Below the pieces are notes generated by a model that saw only the letters and a list, made by a program, of their open reading frames with translations, was not told where the DNA came from and did not search any database. Positions 19,207-30,020 of a stretch of DNA of 64,000 bases are shown piece by piece. The translations under genes and the position numbers were made by a program. The stretch is from an uncultured Nitrospiraceae bacterium (lineage in GTDB: Bacteria; Nitrospirota; Thermodesulfovibrionia; Thermodesulfovibrionales; Dissulfurispiraceae), in assembly GCA_963727805.1 (NCBI GenBank), contig CAVSHF010000003.1, positions 1 through 64,000 on the forward strand. Reading direction: 5' to 3'. Each line of letters opens with the position of its first letter. Within the stretch, counting starts at the first letter, position 1.

Positions 19207-20921
19207 TTGTCAGGAAAAGATTGGGAGAGATGATGGTTGAGGCCGACCTTCTGACGCATGAACAGCTTAAGAAGGCCCTAGACGGGCAAAAGAAGGCTGG
19301 GCTGAAACTCGGTCAGTATCTTGTGCGGCAGGGCATTATCACTGAAATGCAGATATGCGACCTGCTCTGCCAGCAGATGAAGCTGAGTAAGTACCATCCG
19401 GACAAATACCCGGTTGATCTGAATCTTGCCGGCGTCATTGCCTACGACATGGCCCAGAAATACCTGGTGGCGCCGCTGCAGAAAAAAGGGCGGTTGCTAA
19501 CCGTTGCGATGAGCGATGCCTCGGACATTAATGCAATGGACTCTATCGAGGTCCTGACAAACTGCGAGGTGGAGCCGGTCGTTTGCACTGAAATGGAGCT
19601 GGCGAATCTACACAGGAGCCTCTATGCTTCACAATCAGGGCTCGGAGTGGTTGTCGCCGGGATTGTCGGAATGGACGGCGCTGATGAACTCGCCTTCGAA
19701 AAGGCTGAGGAGGAAACACAGGACATCCGGGTCGAAGCGGTACAGGACATGGCGTTGCATACACCGGCAGTCATACGGCTGGTGAACTCCATTTTCTCCA
19801 ACGCAATCCAGGAGCGGGCGAGCGATATTCATATCAGCCCTCAACAAATGGGGATGCAGGTCAGGTTCAGGATCGACGGAAGGCTCCAAAGCATGCCCTC
19901 GCCTCCGAAGTCGATGTTTCTGCCAGTCGTGGCTCGCATCAAAATCCTTGCGGACATGGATATCACTCAGACGAGGACCCCCCAAGACGGACGTTTCACT
20001 CTCAGGCTTGGCAGTAAGCTGATCAACGTGCGCGCCTCGTCAGTTCCCACTCTGCACGGCGAGAATATAGTCCTGAGACTTTTGGACACCAGCGCCGGAA
20101 TTTTCACCCTCGACCGGCTCGGCATGTCTGCAGCGGACGCCCAGAAAATAATGGACATTATTCACAAGCCGCACGGGATGATACTGAGCTCGGGGCCCAC
20201 TGGCAGCGGAAAGACCAGCACCCTGTATTCCATTCTCCAGGAGATCGATGTCCCCCACGTACATATAATCACTCTTGAAGACCCCGTGGAGTACAAGATT
20301 GAGAGCATCCGCCAGATCCAGTTGAATGCGAAGGCCGGTATGACCTTTGCAAGCGGTCTCAGGGCGATACTTCGCCAAGACCCAGATGTTATTATGGTCG
20401 GGGAAATTCGCGATGCTGAAACAGCTGCTATCGCGGCCAGAGCAGCGCAGACGGGGCACCGGCTGCTGAGCACCGTGCATACCAACGATGCCGCCGGTGT
20501 CATTTCCCGCCTCATCGATATGGGCATTGAGCCGTTTCTTATCTCTTCGGTCCTGTTGGCGACATTCGGCCAGAGGCTTGTCAGGACAATCTGCCCTTAC
20601 TGCAAGGAGCCGTATACTCCTCCTGCCAAGGCCTTGGCTTCTTGGGGGCTCGACGACCGCGACAAAGACACGGTTTTCATGCACGGTAGGGGCTGCCAAC
20701 AGTGCATGTATACTGGATTCAAGGGAAGGACAGGCATTTTCGAAGTCTTGGTGATAGATGAGGATATACGGGAAATGATTATGAGAAAAGCGTCGGCACA
20801 CGAGATAAACCGCGAGGCGATTTCATCCGGCAGGATGAGACCCCTTAAACAGGACGCTGCTGACAAGGTCGTCAAAGGCATCACGACACTTGAAGAGGCA
20901 GAAGCAATGCTAACAACATAA
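19203..20921 (+). CDS. GspE/PilB/MshE-family assembly ATPase with MshEN-type N-terminus
   Basis: RKRLGEMMV...LGQYLV (MshEN-like), ASDIHI, PQDGRF, GPTGSGKTS, RQDPDVIMVGEIRD, CxxC..CxxC. Confidence 0.93.
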   Translation: MIVRKRLGEMMVEADLLTHEQLKKALDGQKKAGLKLGQYLVRQGIITEMQICDLLCQQMKLSKYHPDKYPVDLNLAGVIAYDMAQKYLVAPLQKKGRLLTVAMSDASDINAMDSIEVLTNCEVEPVVCTEMELANLHRSLYASQSGLGVVVAGIVGMDGADELAFEKAEEETQDIRVEAVQDMALHTPAVIRLVNSIFSNAIQERASDIHISPQQMGMQVRFRIDGRLQSMPSPPKSMFLPVVARIKILADMDITQTRTPQDGRFTLRLGSKLINVRASSVPTLHGENIVLRLLDTSAGIFTLDRLGMSAADAQKIMDIIHKPHGMILSSGPTGSGKTSTLYSILQEIDVPHVHIITLEDPVEYKIESIRQIQLNAKAGMTFASGLRAILRQDPDVIMVGEIRDAETAAIAARAAQTGHRLLSTVHTNDAAGVISRLIDMGIEPFLISSVLLATFGQRLVRTICPYCKEPYTPPAKALASWGLDDRDKDTVFMHGRGCQQCMYTGFKGRTGIFEVLVIDEDIREMIMRKASAHEINREAISSGRMRPLKQDAADKVVKGITTLEEAEAMLTT

Positions 20922-21022
20922 AAAAATAAAAAAGGTGATGGGCAACAGATGAAAGGTAAAAAACATTCTTGGGTGTCTTCATCGGTAATAACGTCTGGCC
21001 TATTACCCGGGACCTGTAATCT

Positions 21023-22237
21023 ATGACTTTTTCTTATGAAGCAATCGATAGCCTTGGCAAAATGGTGAAGGGGACGATTGATGCTGGTTCGGTCGACGTG
21101 GCAGAAGACACCATCGCTTCGGGTGGGTTGATACCGGTTAAGGTCAGGGTCGCAAAGGCAAAAGGCAGTTCCTTCGGCGGGCTCGGGAGAATAACCGAAA
21201 AAGTTAAACCGTATGACCTTATACTTTTCTCGAAGCAGTTCCGATCAATGTTCCGTGCAGGAATCCCTATTCTTCGTCTCCTGGAAGTAATCGAGGCACA
21301 GACCGAAAGTCTAGCATTGAAGCGCGCGGCTGCCGACATAAGGGAAGATATCAGGCAGGGCCTATCGCTCAAGGAGGCTTTGGAAAAGCACCAGTCCATC
21401 TTTTCCCCTCTTTATTGCAGCATGCTGGGTGCCGGCGAATTTAGCGGTAATGTACCCGATGTATTAGAGAGGCTGACATACATCCTGGAGCATGAGAACA
21501 GGGTAAAATCGGATATTCGCTCAGCGCTTCAGTATCCCAAGGCAGTCGTCGCCGCACTCGGGACCGCTTTTTTTATCCTCCTCACCTTTGTGATCCCCAA
21601 ATTCGCTGCAGTATTCCAACAGGTAAATTTGACGCTACCGCTACCCACAAGGATCGCAATCTCCATGCACCATTTTCTTATCACGTACTGGCATATCGGC
21701 CTGGTGGCAGCCGTTGCCCTTTATTTCGGACTCAGGTCATATTTCAGGACGGAACATGGTTGCTTCGTGAAAGACTCACTGCTGCTCCGCATGCCTGCTT
21801 TCGGACCTCTGTTTGTAAAGGCTGCCATGTCGCGTTTTTCGAGCATCCTTGCCATACTGCTATCGAGCGGGGTCCCCATAATGGAAGCCATGACGATTTT
21901 GTCGGGCACTATAGGTAATTCAGCCATAGCACGCACCTTTAATTCCATCGCTGCCCAACTGGGGGAAGGAAAGGGTATCGCAGAGCCATTGGCAAATGCG
22001 AAATTCTTTACGCCGATGGTAGTAAACATGGTCGCCATAGGTGAGGAATTGGGCAACTTGGACGAAATGCTCCGGGAAATCACATCTCATTATGATGAGG
22101 AGGTGGGTCATGCAGTAAAAAGACTGTCAGATTTAATAGCACCGGTGCTGACCATTGCGCTGGCCGTGATAGTATTGTTTTTCGCATTGGCAATATTCCT
22201 GCCGATGTGGGACCTGACCAAAATGGTGAAACAGTAG
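21023..22237 (+). CDS. GspF/PilC/MshG-family platform protein
   Basis: Two T2SSF repeats (GEFSG..L..L, ALQYP, VIPKF, GEELG.L, IFLPMWDL). Confidence 0.93.
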   Translation: MTFSYEAIDSLGKMVKGTIDAGSVDVAEDTIASGGLIPVKVRVAKAKGSSFGGLGRITEKVKPYDLILFSKQFRSMFRAGIPILRLLEVIEAQTESLALKRAAADIREDIRQGLSLKEALEKHQSIFSPLYCSMLGAGEFSGNVPDVLERLTYILEHENRVKSDIRSALQYPKAVVAALGTAFFILLTFVIPKFAAVFQQVNLTLPLPTRIAISMHHFLITYWHIGLVAAVALYFGLRSYFRTEHGCFVKDSLLLRMPAFGPLFVKAAMSRFSSILAILLSSGVPIMEAMTILSGTIGNSAIARTFNSIAAQLGEGKGIAEPLANAKFFTPMVVNMVAIGEELGNLDEMLREITSHYDEEVGHAVKRLSDLIAPVLTIALAVIVLFFALAIFLPMWDLTKMVKQ

Positions 22238-22278
22238 GGTGGACAGGCGATAATATGACGCAAAAGGAGACGATATCA

Positions 22279-22716
22279 ATGAAAAACATGAAGAAAATCC
22301 TCAGGAATCAGGAAGGTTTTACGCTTATTGAAATTATTGCAGTGTTGGTTATACTCGGTATTCTGGCGGCTGTGGCTATTCCAAAGTATCTTGACTTTCA
22401 AACTCAAGCTCAAACCGCCGCAATAAACGGTGCTTTGGGTGCTGCATCGTCTAATGTCGCGTTAACGTACGCTAATGCCATTGTTCAGGGATGCACCCCA
22501 GCTACCATCAGGTTTGCAGGCGGTACATGGGCGTGCGCAGGAGTTGTGCTTGCTAACGTTAACCCTGCGACTGCTGTTGGGGATTTCACGGCCGGCTATA
22601 CTTCAGCCTCAGCAACTGGAGCAAGCCCATTTACAGTACTAATTACCCTCTCCGCTGGGCCAAACTGGTTTGCAGGTTCTGGTGCGGTTAAGACTAAGAA
22701 TGTGACTGTACAATAA
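22279..22716 (+). CDS. Major type IV pilin (MshA-like)
   Basis: AAGGAG RBS; class III signal RNQEG|FTLIEIIAVLVILGILAAVAIPKY. Confidence 0.88.
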   Translation: MKNMKKILRNQEGFTLIEIIAVLVILGILAAVAIPKYLDFQTQAQTAAINGALGAASSNVALTYANAIVQGCTPATIRFAGGTWACAGVVLANVNPATAVGDFTAGYTSASATGASPFTVLITLSAGPNWFAGSGAVKTKNVTVQ

Positions 22717-22822
22717 AAATTAAAACAGCTTGATCATTTACACGAGGTGTGTCAGCGGACGGTTCTATTTCATGCGCTATCAAATACAAGTGTCCCTGTA
22801 ATGCCGGAGGCATAATTCTATA

Positions 22823-23284
22823 ATGAGAATATCTCTTCGTCATAATAATGTTAGCGGCTTCACCATTATCGAGTTGATTGCGGTACTGGCAATCATCGGT
22901 ATTATTGCGGTAGTGGTGATTGCAAAGGCTATAGACACCTCCGCATATAGTGCTGTTTCAGAGGCTGAGATACTCAAGGCAAATCTTCGTTTCGCCCAGG
23001 TCAAATCGATGGGTGATGTATCGCCCGATACATGGGGAATCAATGTCAGTAGTAGCTCTTACACCCTTACCTGTATCGGAGCGAATTGTCCTGCGTCGAT
23101 TCCGAACCTTCCCGGTGGCAACTCGGCAACTCATACTTTCGCCGGCGTGACTGCATCCCCAAGTACAAACATAACTTTCGATAACTGGGGAAGTCCAGGC
23201 ACGACAACCTTCACAATTACCCTTACCGGCGGCTCGCAGGCACAGACTGTTACGGTGACAAAGAATACAGGGTTCATACCATGA
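22823..23284 (+). CDS. Minor pilin (MshC/FimT-like)
   Basis: G|FTIIELIAVL, LRFAQ.KSM, ITFDNWGSP, NTGFIP. Confidence 0.85.
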   Translation: MRISLRHNNVSGFTIIELIAVLAIIGIIAVVVIAKAIDTSAYSAVSEAEILKANLRFAQVKSMGDVSPDTWGINVSSSSYTLTCIGANCPASIPNLPGGNSATHTFAGVTASPSTNITFDNWGSPGTTTFTITLTGGSQAQTVTVTKNTGFIP

Positions 23285-23739
23285 AGACCGCAGAGCGCGG
23301 AGCCAGAGGCGTGGCCTGTTCATTCGAGGGCGGCTTTACCCTGATCGAGCTTATCATCGTTCTTGTTATCGTCGCAGTTCTTGCCACTATGCTCTATTCG
23401 TATTTCGGTTCAGCGATAACCGGCAGTGCAACTCCGGTAGCACGTCTGGGCACAGCATTAAAAGGCCAGCAAGTGATGGAGAATATCACTGCCGACTACA
23501 TGGCAAATTACTCGTCGAATCTTGCAGGACTACAAAGCAATATAGGTGGAGAGGGTACGAATAGGAACAATGCTTACGGGCGATATACGGTTGTTGACAA
23601 CCATTTCATGAAATGGAACAGCAATACGGATGCCCAGGTTGGCTCCAGCAACTGCCTGAAAGTGACGGTGAAGGACGGCCTCGGCGAAACACTTACGCAA
23701 ATTTATACCAACGGAAATCAGACCGTTAGTTGCCAATGA
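23281..23739 (+). CDS. Minor pilin (MshD-like)
   Basis: G|FTLIELIIVL prepilin motif. Confidence 0.85.
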   Translation: MKTAERGARGVACSFEGGFTLIELIIVLVIVAVLATMLYSYFGSAITGSATPVARLGTALKGQQVMENITADYMANYSSNLAGLQSNIGGEGTNRNNAYGRYTVVDNHFMKWNSNTDAQVGSSNCLKVTVKDGLGETLTQIYTNGNQTVSCQ

Positions 23740-24230
23740 AATGCGTCGAGCGTCAAGGCGAGAGCGGATTTACTCTGATCGAAACGATTGCTGCCCTCGT
23801 GATCGTAGCGATTATTGTAGCTGTCGCTGGTATGGGGATCGTCAATGTAACTAACGGCATGCTCACAGCCAAACAAAATGCGGCAACAGCACTTAAGGCG
23901 CAAGTTGCCATGATGCGGATCGAAAAGGAATTTCATATAATAACAGCTGTATCCTCGGGGAGTACGACACAGCTAAACTACACGAACAATAAAGGGGGGA
24001 GTCCCGGGAGCCATGCGCTTTTCCTGTCAGGCACTACTGTTCAGTTAGACAGTGACATGCTTGTTGATAATATATCAAGCTTTACGTTGACATATGCAGA
24101 TACGTACAATGGGATATTTACGTCAACTTGGAGCCCGACGAATAAAGTTATCAATCTCAGTTTTACGTTGTCAGGTGCTGGCGGATCACATAGCACATTC
24201 ATAATGCGTGTGAGGCCCGTTAATTTATGA
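23736..24230 (+). CDS. Minor pilin (PilW/MshO-like)
   Basis: G|FTLIETIAAL prepilin motif; ATGA coupling to the previous gene. Confidence 0.85.
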   Translation: MKCVERQGESGFTLIETIAALVIVAIIVAVAGMGIVNVTNGMLTAKQNAATALKAQVAMMRIEKEFHIITAVSSGSTTQLNYTNNKGGSPGSHALFLSGTTVQLDSDMLVDNISSFTLTYADTYNGIFTSTWSPTNKVINLSFTLSGAGGSHSTFIMRVRPVNL

Positions 24231-25387
24231 AGGGGCTGAGTTTGGATAATCAGAAAGGGTTTCTATTAATTGGATTGATCATCACTATAGTCGTCATGTC
24301 GATAGCCGGCGCCGCAATTGTATATTTGACAACGGGATCAGCATTCACGGAACTTCTCCAGAATAACAATCTGAAGGCTTACTATCTGGCCGAATCCGGC
24401 GCCAGATATGCCACTGCCCTTATTCAATCGGATCTGAGTGGCGGTAGCACTGTGAATATGACAGCTCTCAATGCTAGCCCGACATTTAATCTTGCAACCG
24501 GAAAATTCACTCTTGTGATTGACAACTCCAACAGTTCATATATACTTCTTACATCTACGGGCATTGTTGACTCCGGGTGGCTTCAAACTAAGCGGGCCGT
24601 AACATATAAAATCAGCAATCCGGGCGGAGCGTTTTCAGAGGCAGCGATGGCAGGATTGCAAATAAGTTTGGATCACGGATCTCATATCGATAGTTACAAT
24701 TCCTCAAACGGCGCTTATGGCGGTATCAACGTTTCCGCGAACGGCAATGTTTCCACGAATACTGGTGGAACCGTAACAAATAAAAACGGTTCAACTGTTA
24801 ATGGCACTATAACTACTTCTTCCGTCAACCTTAATACACTTCTTGATGCAAACGGTGTTGCACACTTGGTAAATAGCGAGAATCCCGGCGGTACCTCCAG
24901 CAGCATTCAGTTGGTTAGTAATACACTAACCATACCAGCCCCGGCCACGATGAATTTAACCAACTTCTCTTTGGATCAGTCTTCCACATTGATAATACAA
25001 GGCTCTGGCGTAGTAACTATTTACTTAAATGGTAATCTGTCACTTGATCATGCCTCGATCCTAAATATTGCTTCCGGCGTGACAGTGAACATTTACATGA
25101 CAGGCTTTCTTGCGCTCAACAACGGCGCAACAATGGGAGACACCTCAACGGATGTGGCATCCAGATTGACAGTTTATTCATCCGACGGCAGCGTTACACT
25201 CGATCAGAACTCTGTATTTGTCGGAGCTATATATGCCCCGTTAGCAATAGCATCACTGGATCATGGGTCTGTTGTTTATGGCGCCATCATCGCGAATCAA
25301 TTATCACTCGATAATGCAGCGCAGCTTCACTATGACAAGAGTCTTAACCTGGGCGGATCAGGGGGTGGTCCCGTGCAATATTATTGA
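24227..25387 (+). CDS. PilX/MshP-like tip minor pilin with large C-terminal repeat domain
   Basis: G|FLLI without E5, KAYYLAESG, repeated SLDHG/SLDQ units, GAIYAP...YGAII...LHYD. Confidence 0.8.
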   Translation: MKGLSLDNQKGFLLIGLIITIVVMSIAGAAIVYLTTGSAFTELLQNNNLKAYYLAESGARYATALIQSDLSGGSTVNMTALNASPTFNLATGKFTLVIDNSNSSYILLTSTGIVDSGWLQTKRAVTYKISNPGGAFSEAAMAGLQISLDHGSHIDSYNSSNGAYGGINVSANGNVSTNTGGTVTNKNGSTVNGTITTSSVNLNTLLDANGVAHLVNSENPGGTSSSIQLVSNTLTIPAPATMNLTNFSLDQSSTLIIQGSGVVTIYLNGNLSLDHASILNIASGVTVNIYMTGFLALNNGATMGDTSTDVASRLTVYSSDGSVTLDQNSVFVGAIYAPLAIASLDHGSVVYGAIIANQLSLDNAAQLHYDKSLNLGGSGGGPVQYY

Positions 25388-25849
25388 TGGCACCCTTGTA
25401 AGGTTTCTACAACAGCTTGTTAAGACTTATACATGCAAGTTCGTTCTCAATATTACAGAATTTCGGAAACTTCTTGACGGTGTTAGCCCTCTTTCCTGTT
25501 TTGCAGATAAAAATCACCCCCCCTGTATGAGCAGCAGCAAGGTGCCGGTTGAAGAGGGTCGCTTAAGCATATGCCACACCTGAAACGATCAAAATCTAAT
25601 ATTCTGGCATAGTCAAGGCCTCTGTTTGTGTATGTCACAAGACGCAATTCCGGGAACATCTTTGTTATCTCTGTGTCGGATTTCGAGGCGATTGATTTAT
25701 ACTGATATTTTCGTCCTGCATCCTCCAAACATAATTCGATGTTCGCTAAATGGGTGTTCGCATTGCAATTCATTCGTAATCGGTGATATCATTTAATTAG
25801 AGATAAGTAACGTAAAAATGGGATTTTGCAAAATGGGTGGAGGCATATT

Positions 25850-26050
25850 ATGGGATCCATTAGATTCAAACATCGGGACGGAAACTATGATATGGTAAGC
25901 GCTATTGGATTGCAGGTCTGCCTCAATCGAAGTATGGTAAAAGAGTTCTACAGACCTTCCGAGAAACGATGGGTCGATCCCTTGAAAGATCCTGTTAGAA
26001 AGAGATTTGATGCATCGATTCCAACCATATCTGATAGAAGAAAAAAGTAG
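25850..26050 (+). CDS. GSU3473-like small protein
   Basis: IRFKHRDGNYDMV...FYRPSEKRWVDPLKDPVR...DRR pattern resembles the Geobacter GSU3473 family; GGAGG RBS. Confidence 0.65.
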   Translation: MGSIRFKHRDGNYDMVSAIGLQVCLNRSMVKEFYRPSEKRWVDPLKDPVRKRFDASIPTISDRRKK

Positions 26051-26403
26051 GCTCCCGTGAGCCCTGGCCGTTGCATGCCTACCAGTGGATAGAATCGTCC
26101 CGGATATTTCTCCGCAAGTTTAAGAGCCATCTCATCGTCTCCCGGCAGATCTTTCGAACCTGCTGGGCCCTTATAGTAGCGCGCTATCACGATTTGTTTT
26201 GACACTCCTTTTTTGTCCATCGCCTTGATAATCGTGTCCCAATCGAACGATCCACCGAGATGCGCATGTGCATCGATAGTAGGGAATTGTGCGTCTGATG
26301 GAGATACAGTAGACATTCCACTATCAGCGGTGGGCGTAATGGTATTAATAAACACGACCCCCAACATCACTAAAACACTAATAGCCACCATTATCTTTTT
26401 CAT
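26050..26403 (-). pseudogene. Truncated secreted amidohydrolase-family protein (N-terminal part only)
   Basis: Signal peptide, IDAHAH, AMDKKGVSKQ, AEKYPGRFYP; similarity ends where the frame collides with the convergent small gene. Confidence 0.65.
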
Positions 26404-26628
26404 TCTTATCCCATAAAGAATATTATCTATTATTATTTATGGTGCTCACATTTATATAATGGTCAAGAGATGAGGACTTCAGGATGGAATGTCTCAGCAA
26501 TGTTCTGATTATTCAATTGCGCATTTTACGCAGAAGACGAGAATCTGATTTCGATAGTTACTTTCGGAATTAAACATATTTGCTCAGATGTTCGAGGTGT
26601 TTGTTTATGTCTTGAAGGCGATTTTATC

Positions 26629-26784
26629 TCATTTCTGCCCTTCATCTTTTGTCAAAATAGCACGAATTTCTTTAAAATCGGCTTCCGTAAACTCTTCCAT
26701 GAATTCAATATCCTCTTGGGTCATCGTGTTCATTTCTGTCGCCGTGCTTTGTCTAGTTAGTGGATGGTTTGTTTTTGCTAACAT
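26629..26784 (-). CDS. Small acidic hypothetical protein (51 aa)
   Basis: AAGGGG RBS before ATG 26784; sigma54 promoter upstream. Confidence 0.5.
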   Translation of the reverse strand: MLAKTNHPLTRQSTATEMNTMTQEDIEFMEEFTEADFKEIRAILTKDEGQK

Positions 26785-26881
26785 AGTATCCCCTTCACCT
26801 CCTACGCTCAAGTTTCATAACAAAAACGTCCGACTGCAAAGATATCCGCAACAAATCAAGAACGAGTCCTATCTAGAGTCT

Positions 26882-26897
26882 AGCAACTAGCATGCCA
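26882..26897 (-). promoter_or_regulatory. sigma54 promoter
   Basis: Minus strand TGGCAT-GCTAG-TTGCT. Confidence 0.7.
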
Positions 26898-27500
26898 CAC
26901 CAAAGACACACTTAACTAACTGTTAAATAAGGTTATTACATTAAATGGGTTCAATTGTCATTGTCAAATATCAGGATCAATATCCTCATTTGGGAATGTT
27001 GGGGTACATTTAGTGACTTCTCTACTGGGATAGGTCCAAACTGGCCTGATGGACACTAGGTCATCCAGTCTCGTCTTTGAGTTCATTTCACCAAGAAACC
27101 TCCATTCCTATATTTTTTGAGTCACAATGATTGCCGGATGTAATCTCTATAGTTGCCAGAAAATGACGGGATCACTTCCATGTCGAAGTCTTTGACGTAG
27201 CCATAACGATTTGTGGCTTGCCTGGTAATGATAGTCCTCAGTCCAGCGAAAGACTCATTAGTCAGTATTTCGAAAGTCAGTATTTCCAAGAAAATCAATC
27301 AGTGGCCGATCAGTCTGCGAGGCGAGTTGTATTTCTGATACCTCTCAGGTATGGTCTAACAACCAAACAGCTGTTGGTTGTTTATTTCTGTTGTAATCAC
27401 TGTTGCCTTGTTATATAATTGTGGTATTAAAGCCACATTGTGTAATAATTGTCGAGGCGGGAGACTGAATGTCTTTCAATAAGAAGGAGGTCCTAGTCCT

Positions 27501-28337
27501 ATGACGACAGCATTAGTGATTTATTCATCACAAAATGGATCGACCGAAAATATCGCCAAAAAAATTGAAGCGGGCTTAAATCGCAATGGGGTGGAAACGG
27601 ATTTAGTTAACATCGACAAGGGGGGCCGCATCTCAAAACAGGATTATGATTTTTATGGCATTGGCTCACCGGTGTATATCTTTCGTCCTTCCTATAAAAT
27701 CATGAACGCACTAGACGATCTGAGCTTCCTTTCCGGGAAACCGGTCTTTACCTTTGTCACATTCGGCGCGGAAATCGGAGACGGCGCAAATTGGCTGCGA
27801 CGCAAGCTCGCAAGAGGAAAAACTATTGATCTCGGTCATTTTCAATGCCGAGGCAAGAACCTGTTTCCCGGCTATACCAGCAGGGGTTATTGCTTTTCAT
27901 CAGACAGTCCGACCACGAAAGAACAGGATGTTGCGGAAGCCTTTGGGAGTGACATAGCCCTAAAAGTGATGTCAAAAAACTTCGGCTCGCCCTCCCGCTA
28001 CGATAAACCAACGCATTTCGTTTACCGATTTGAACGATTTGTCACGAATCGTGTATTGATCAGATACTTGTATAGTTATTTCTTTAGCGCAGACAAGGCT
28101 CGCTGCAATGGATGCGGGCTTTGCGTTGAAAAATGCCCTACGCAAAATATCACTATTCAGAACGAGCAAATGCCAGTATGGGGCCACGAATGTGTACTGT
28201 GCTGCAACTGCCAGATCCAATGCCCGCAGCAGGCTGTCAATACGCCGCTATCCTGGTTCCTGTTCACGCCATTTATGTGGTACAACATTTTCAAAACGAA
28301 AAGAAGAGTGCCGTTCGCCAGGGTTCAGGTTAAGTAA
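27501..28337 (+). CDS. EFR1-type flavodoxin-ferredoxin fusion protein
   Basis: YSSQNGST flavodoxin loop, GSPVY, CNGCGLCVEKCP and CVLCCNCQIQCP; AAGGAGG RBS. Confidence 0.9.
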   Translation: MTTALVIYSSQNGSTENIAKKIEAGLNRNGVETDLVNIDKGGRISKQDYDFYGIGSPVYIFRPSYKIMNALDDLSFLSGKPVFTFVTFGAEIGDGANWLRRKLARGKTIDLGHFQCRGKNLFPGYTSRGYCFSSDSPTTKEQDVAEAFGSDIALKVMSKNFGSPSRYDKPTHFVYRFERFVTNRVLIRYLYSYFFSADKARCNGCGLCVEKCPTQNITIQNEQMPVWGHECVLCCNCQIQCPQQAVNTPLSWFLFTPFMWYNIFKTKRRVPFARVQVK

Positions 28338-28421
28338 GAAAAGGGGTATCTTGCCCAACATATTTTATGCTTTGAGCTTCATGCGTTCGGCCCAAACCTA
28401 TAGAGTTCAAGAACAATAATT

Positions 28422-28475
28422 AAATAACAGGTCTTTCCATGCCGACCGCTACGGGGCGTGTGAACTCATCGTTCC
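28422..28475 (+). other. Degenerate attC-like site
   Basis: AAATAAC-aggtctttccatgccgaccgctacggggcgtgtgaactcatc-GTTCC resembles short attC sites (TAAC...GCCGACCGCTACG..GCG..TGA.CT...GTT). Confidence 0.45.
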
Positions 28476-28612
28476 TGAACCCGCTAAAGCAGTCAAGGTT
28501 GGGACCCCAAGACCGTATCCAACGGCGTGACAGCGAGCGGAAGACGTGAACGATGGCCTTGTCAACTGCTTCGGTCTGTTCCCTGCCATGCCTGTCAACC
28601 TCTCGCCTACAG

Positions 28613-28669
28613 CCGGAATAGGTGGTCAGTTCGCATCGGAACAGGTGGCAGGACTCGTCGGAATATTCA
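28613..28669 (+). mobile_element. Orphan IS21-family terminal repeat region
   Basis: Tandem CGGAAyAGGTGG units ending TCGGAATATTCA, typical of IS21 ends; no transposase adjacent. Confidence 0.65.
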
Positions 28670-29048
28670 TATTGGGCTGACTTTCAATACAGCGGAGGTT
28701 TAGTTTTCACTCTCACTAATGCAGGAAGAAATTGAGGAGTTTCTAGAATCACTGCTGTGTTCTGAATGAACACCGCGCGACACGCCCCAAGATAGATAGC
28801 ATGTTTTAATCTGAAATCTTACTTCAGATGGAACGGCACTTGGTGAGGGTTAGTCGGTGCTATACGCATTCTTAACGGGGAGGGCAGACCCTTGATTACT
28901 GGTTGAAACATTGTACGATCGGCCGTATCCTCACACTGGAGATTTTAAGTAGGAACATTGTTGAAACAGGTTCTCGATGTCACCTCTGATATCAGTAACC
29001 CAAAATTGATCAGTTCTAACGTAATCTGATAATGTTAGACAGAATGCT

Positions 29049-29489
29049 ATGACACCATCACAATTACATTCACATGATATATTTCTATTCTTTCCTTTTC
29101 TCTTTGTTTGCATGTGGGTTTTCGTTGGCTTTATCATATCTCGCTTCGGATGGAATTCGTTTGCTACAAGTTACCCTGTTCAAGCGCGACCAGCAGGCCG
29201 TGCATACAACTCTCCATTCGCCTGGTTCGGCACCATCCTGTTTAACTATCGAAGCGTCGTTCGTGTTATATTTACGGATACCGGAATTTATTTTTACGTA
29301 TTCTTCTTGTTCCGGGCATTTCATTCGCCCTTTCTGGTGCCTTGGGATAGAATAAAAAGCATAGAGAGGAAGAACGGATTCTTTCGGGATCGCTACCGGA
29401 TTGATATTGAAGATGCCGCCGGCGAGATTCATGTAATATTACCCTTAAGCATTGAGCCTGATTTGATAAAGTTCAAGAAAACGTCCTAA
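29049..29489 (+). CDS. Hypothetical membrane protein, cassette-like
   Basis: N-terminal TM and FHSPFLVPWDRI motif; GTTAGAC core-site-like sequence at 29034-29040. Confidence 0.75.
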   Translation: MTPSQLHSHDIFLFFPFLFVCMWVFVGFIISRFGWNSFATSYPVQARPAGRAYNSPFAWFGTILFNYRSVVRVIFTDTGIYFYVFFLFRAFHSPFLVPWDRIKSIERKNGFFRDRYRIDIEDAAGEIHVILPLSIEPDLIKFKKTS

Positions 29490-29621
29490 GAGGATTAAAG
29501 ATGAGGATGTTATAGCACTGGTGCTATCTTGATTACCTAAAGAAATCTTGTATAAGGAGACGTATGCCTGCGGTAAAGATAATAAGTAGAAATTAGTGGC
29601 ATGCTGATTATCGTGTTGATT

Positions 29622-30020
29622 TTAAAACAATGCTTCAAAGTCTCGCGGGCGTATAATCCCTATGTTCTGATAGTTCTTTATACCTAATAGATCGGAATCC
29701 CCCGTAACAAGATAATCAGCCCCTGCCGCTAAAGCGCAGGCGAGAATGTTATCATCATCCGAGTCTCTACAAATGTCTATAATACTAATGTCATGCTCAA
29801 TAATTTTGCCAGCGGCTTCACTAACAGTTTCCATCGCTAAATCGCTTTCTTCAGGCGAGAGACGAAACTTTTTTGTCAGAATACGCCTGAGCTCGTTCAT
29901 GATAAACGGGCATAAAATAAGTACGAATTCACCCACCCTCGCCCTGTGTAATAATTTCGAGCAAAGGCCTTCAGTAACAAGCGCAGCGATTAGGACATTT
30001 GTGTCGAATACGGCTATCAT
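29622..30020 (-). CDS. PIN-domain toxin of a type II TA system
   Basis: VFDTNVLIAAL, CRDSDDDNILACA, YLVTGDSDLL. Confidence 0.92.
   Translation of the reverse strand: MIAVFDTNVLIAALVTEGLCSKLLHRARVGEFVLILCPFIMNELRRILTKKFRLSPEESDLAMETVSEAAGKIIEHDISIIDICRDSDDDNILACALAAGADYLVTGDSDLLGIKNYQNIGIIRPRDFEALF

Noticed and set aside
20040..20801. 253-aa minus-strand ORF
   Set aside because: Antisense shadow of the GspE/PilB ATPase.
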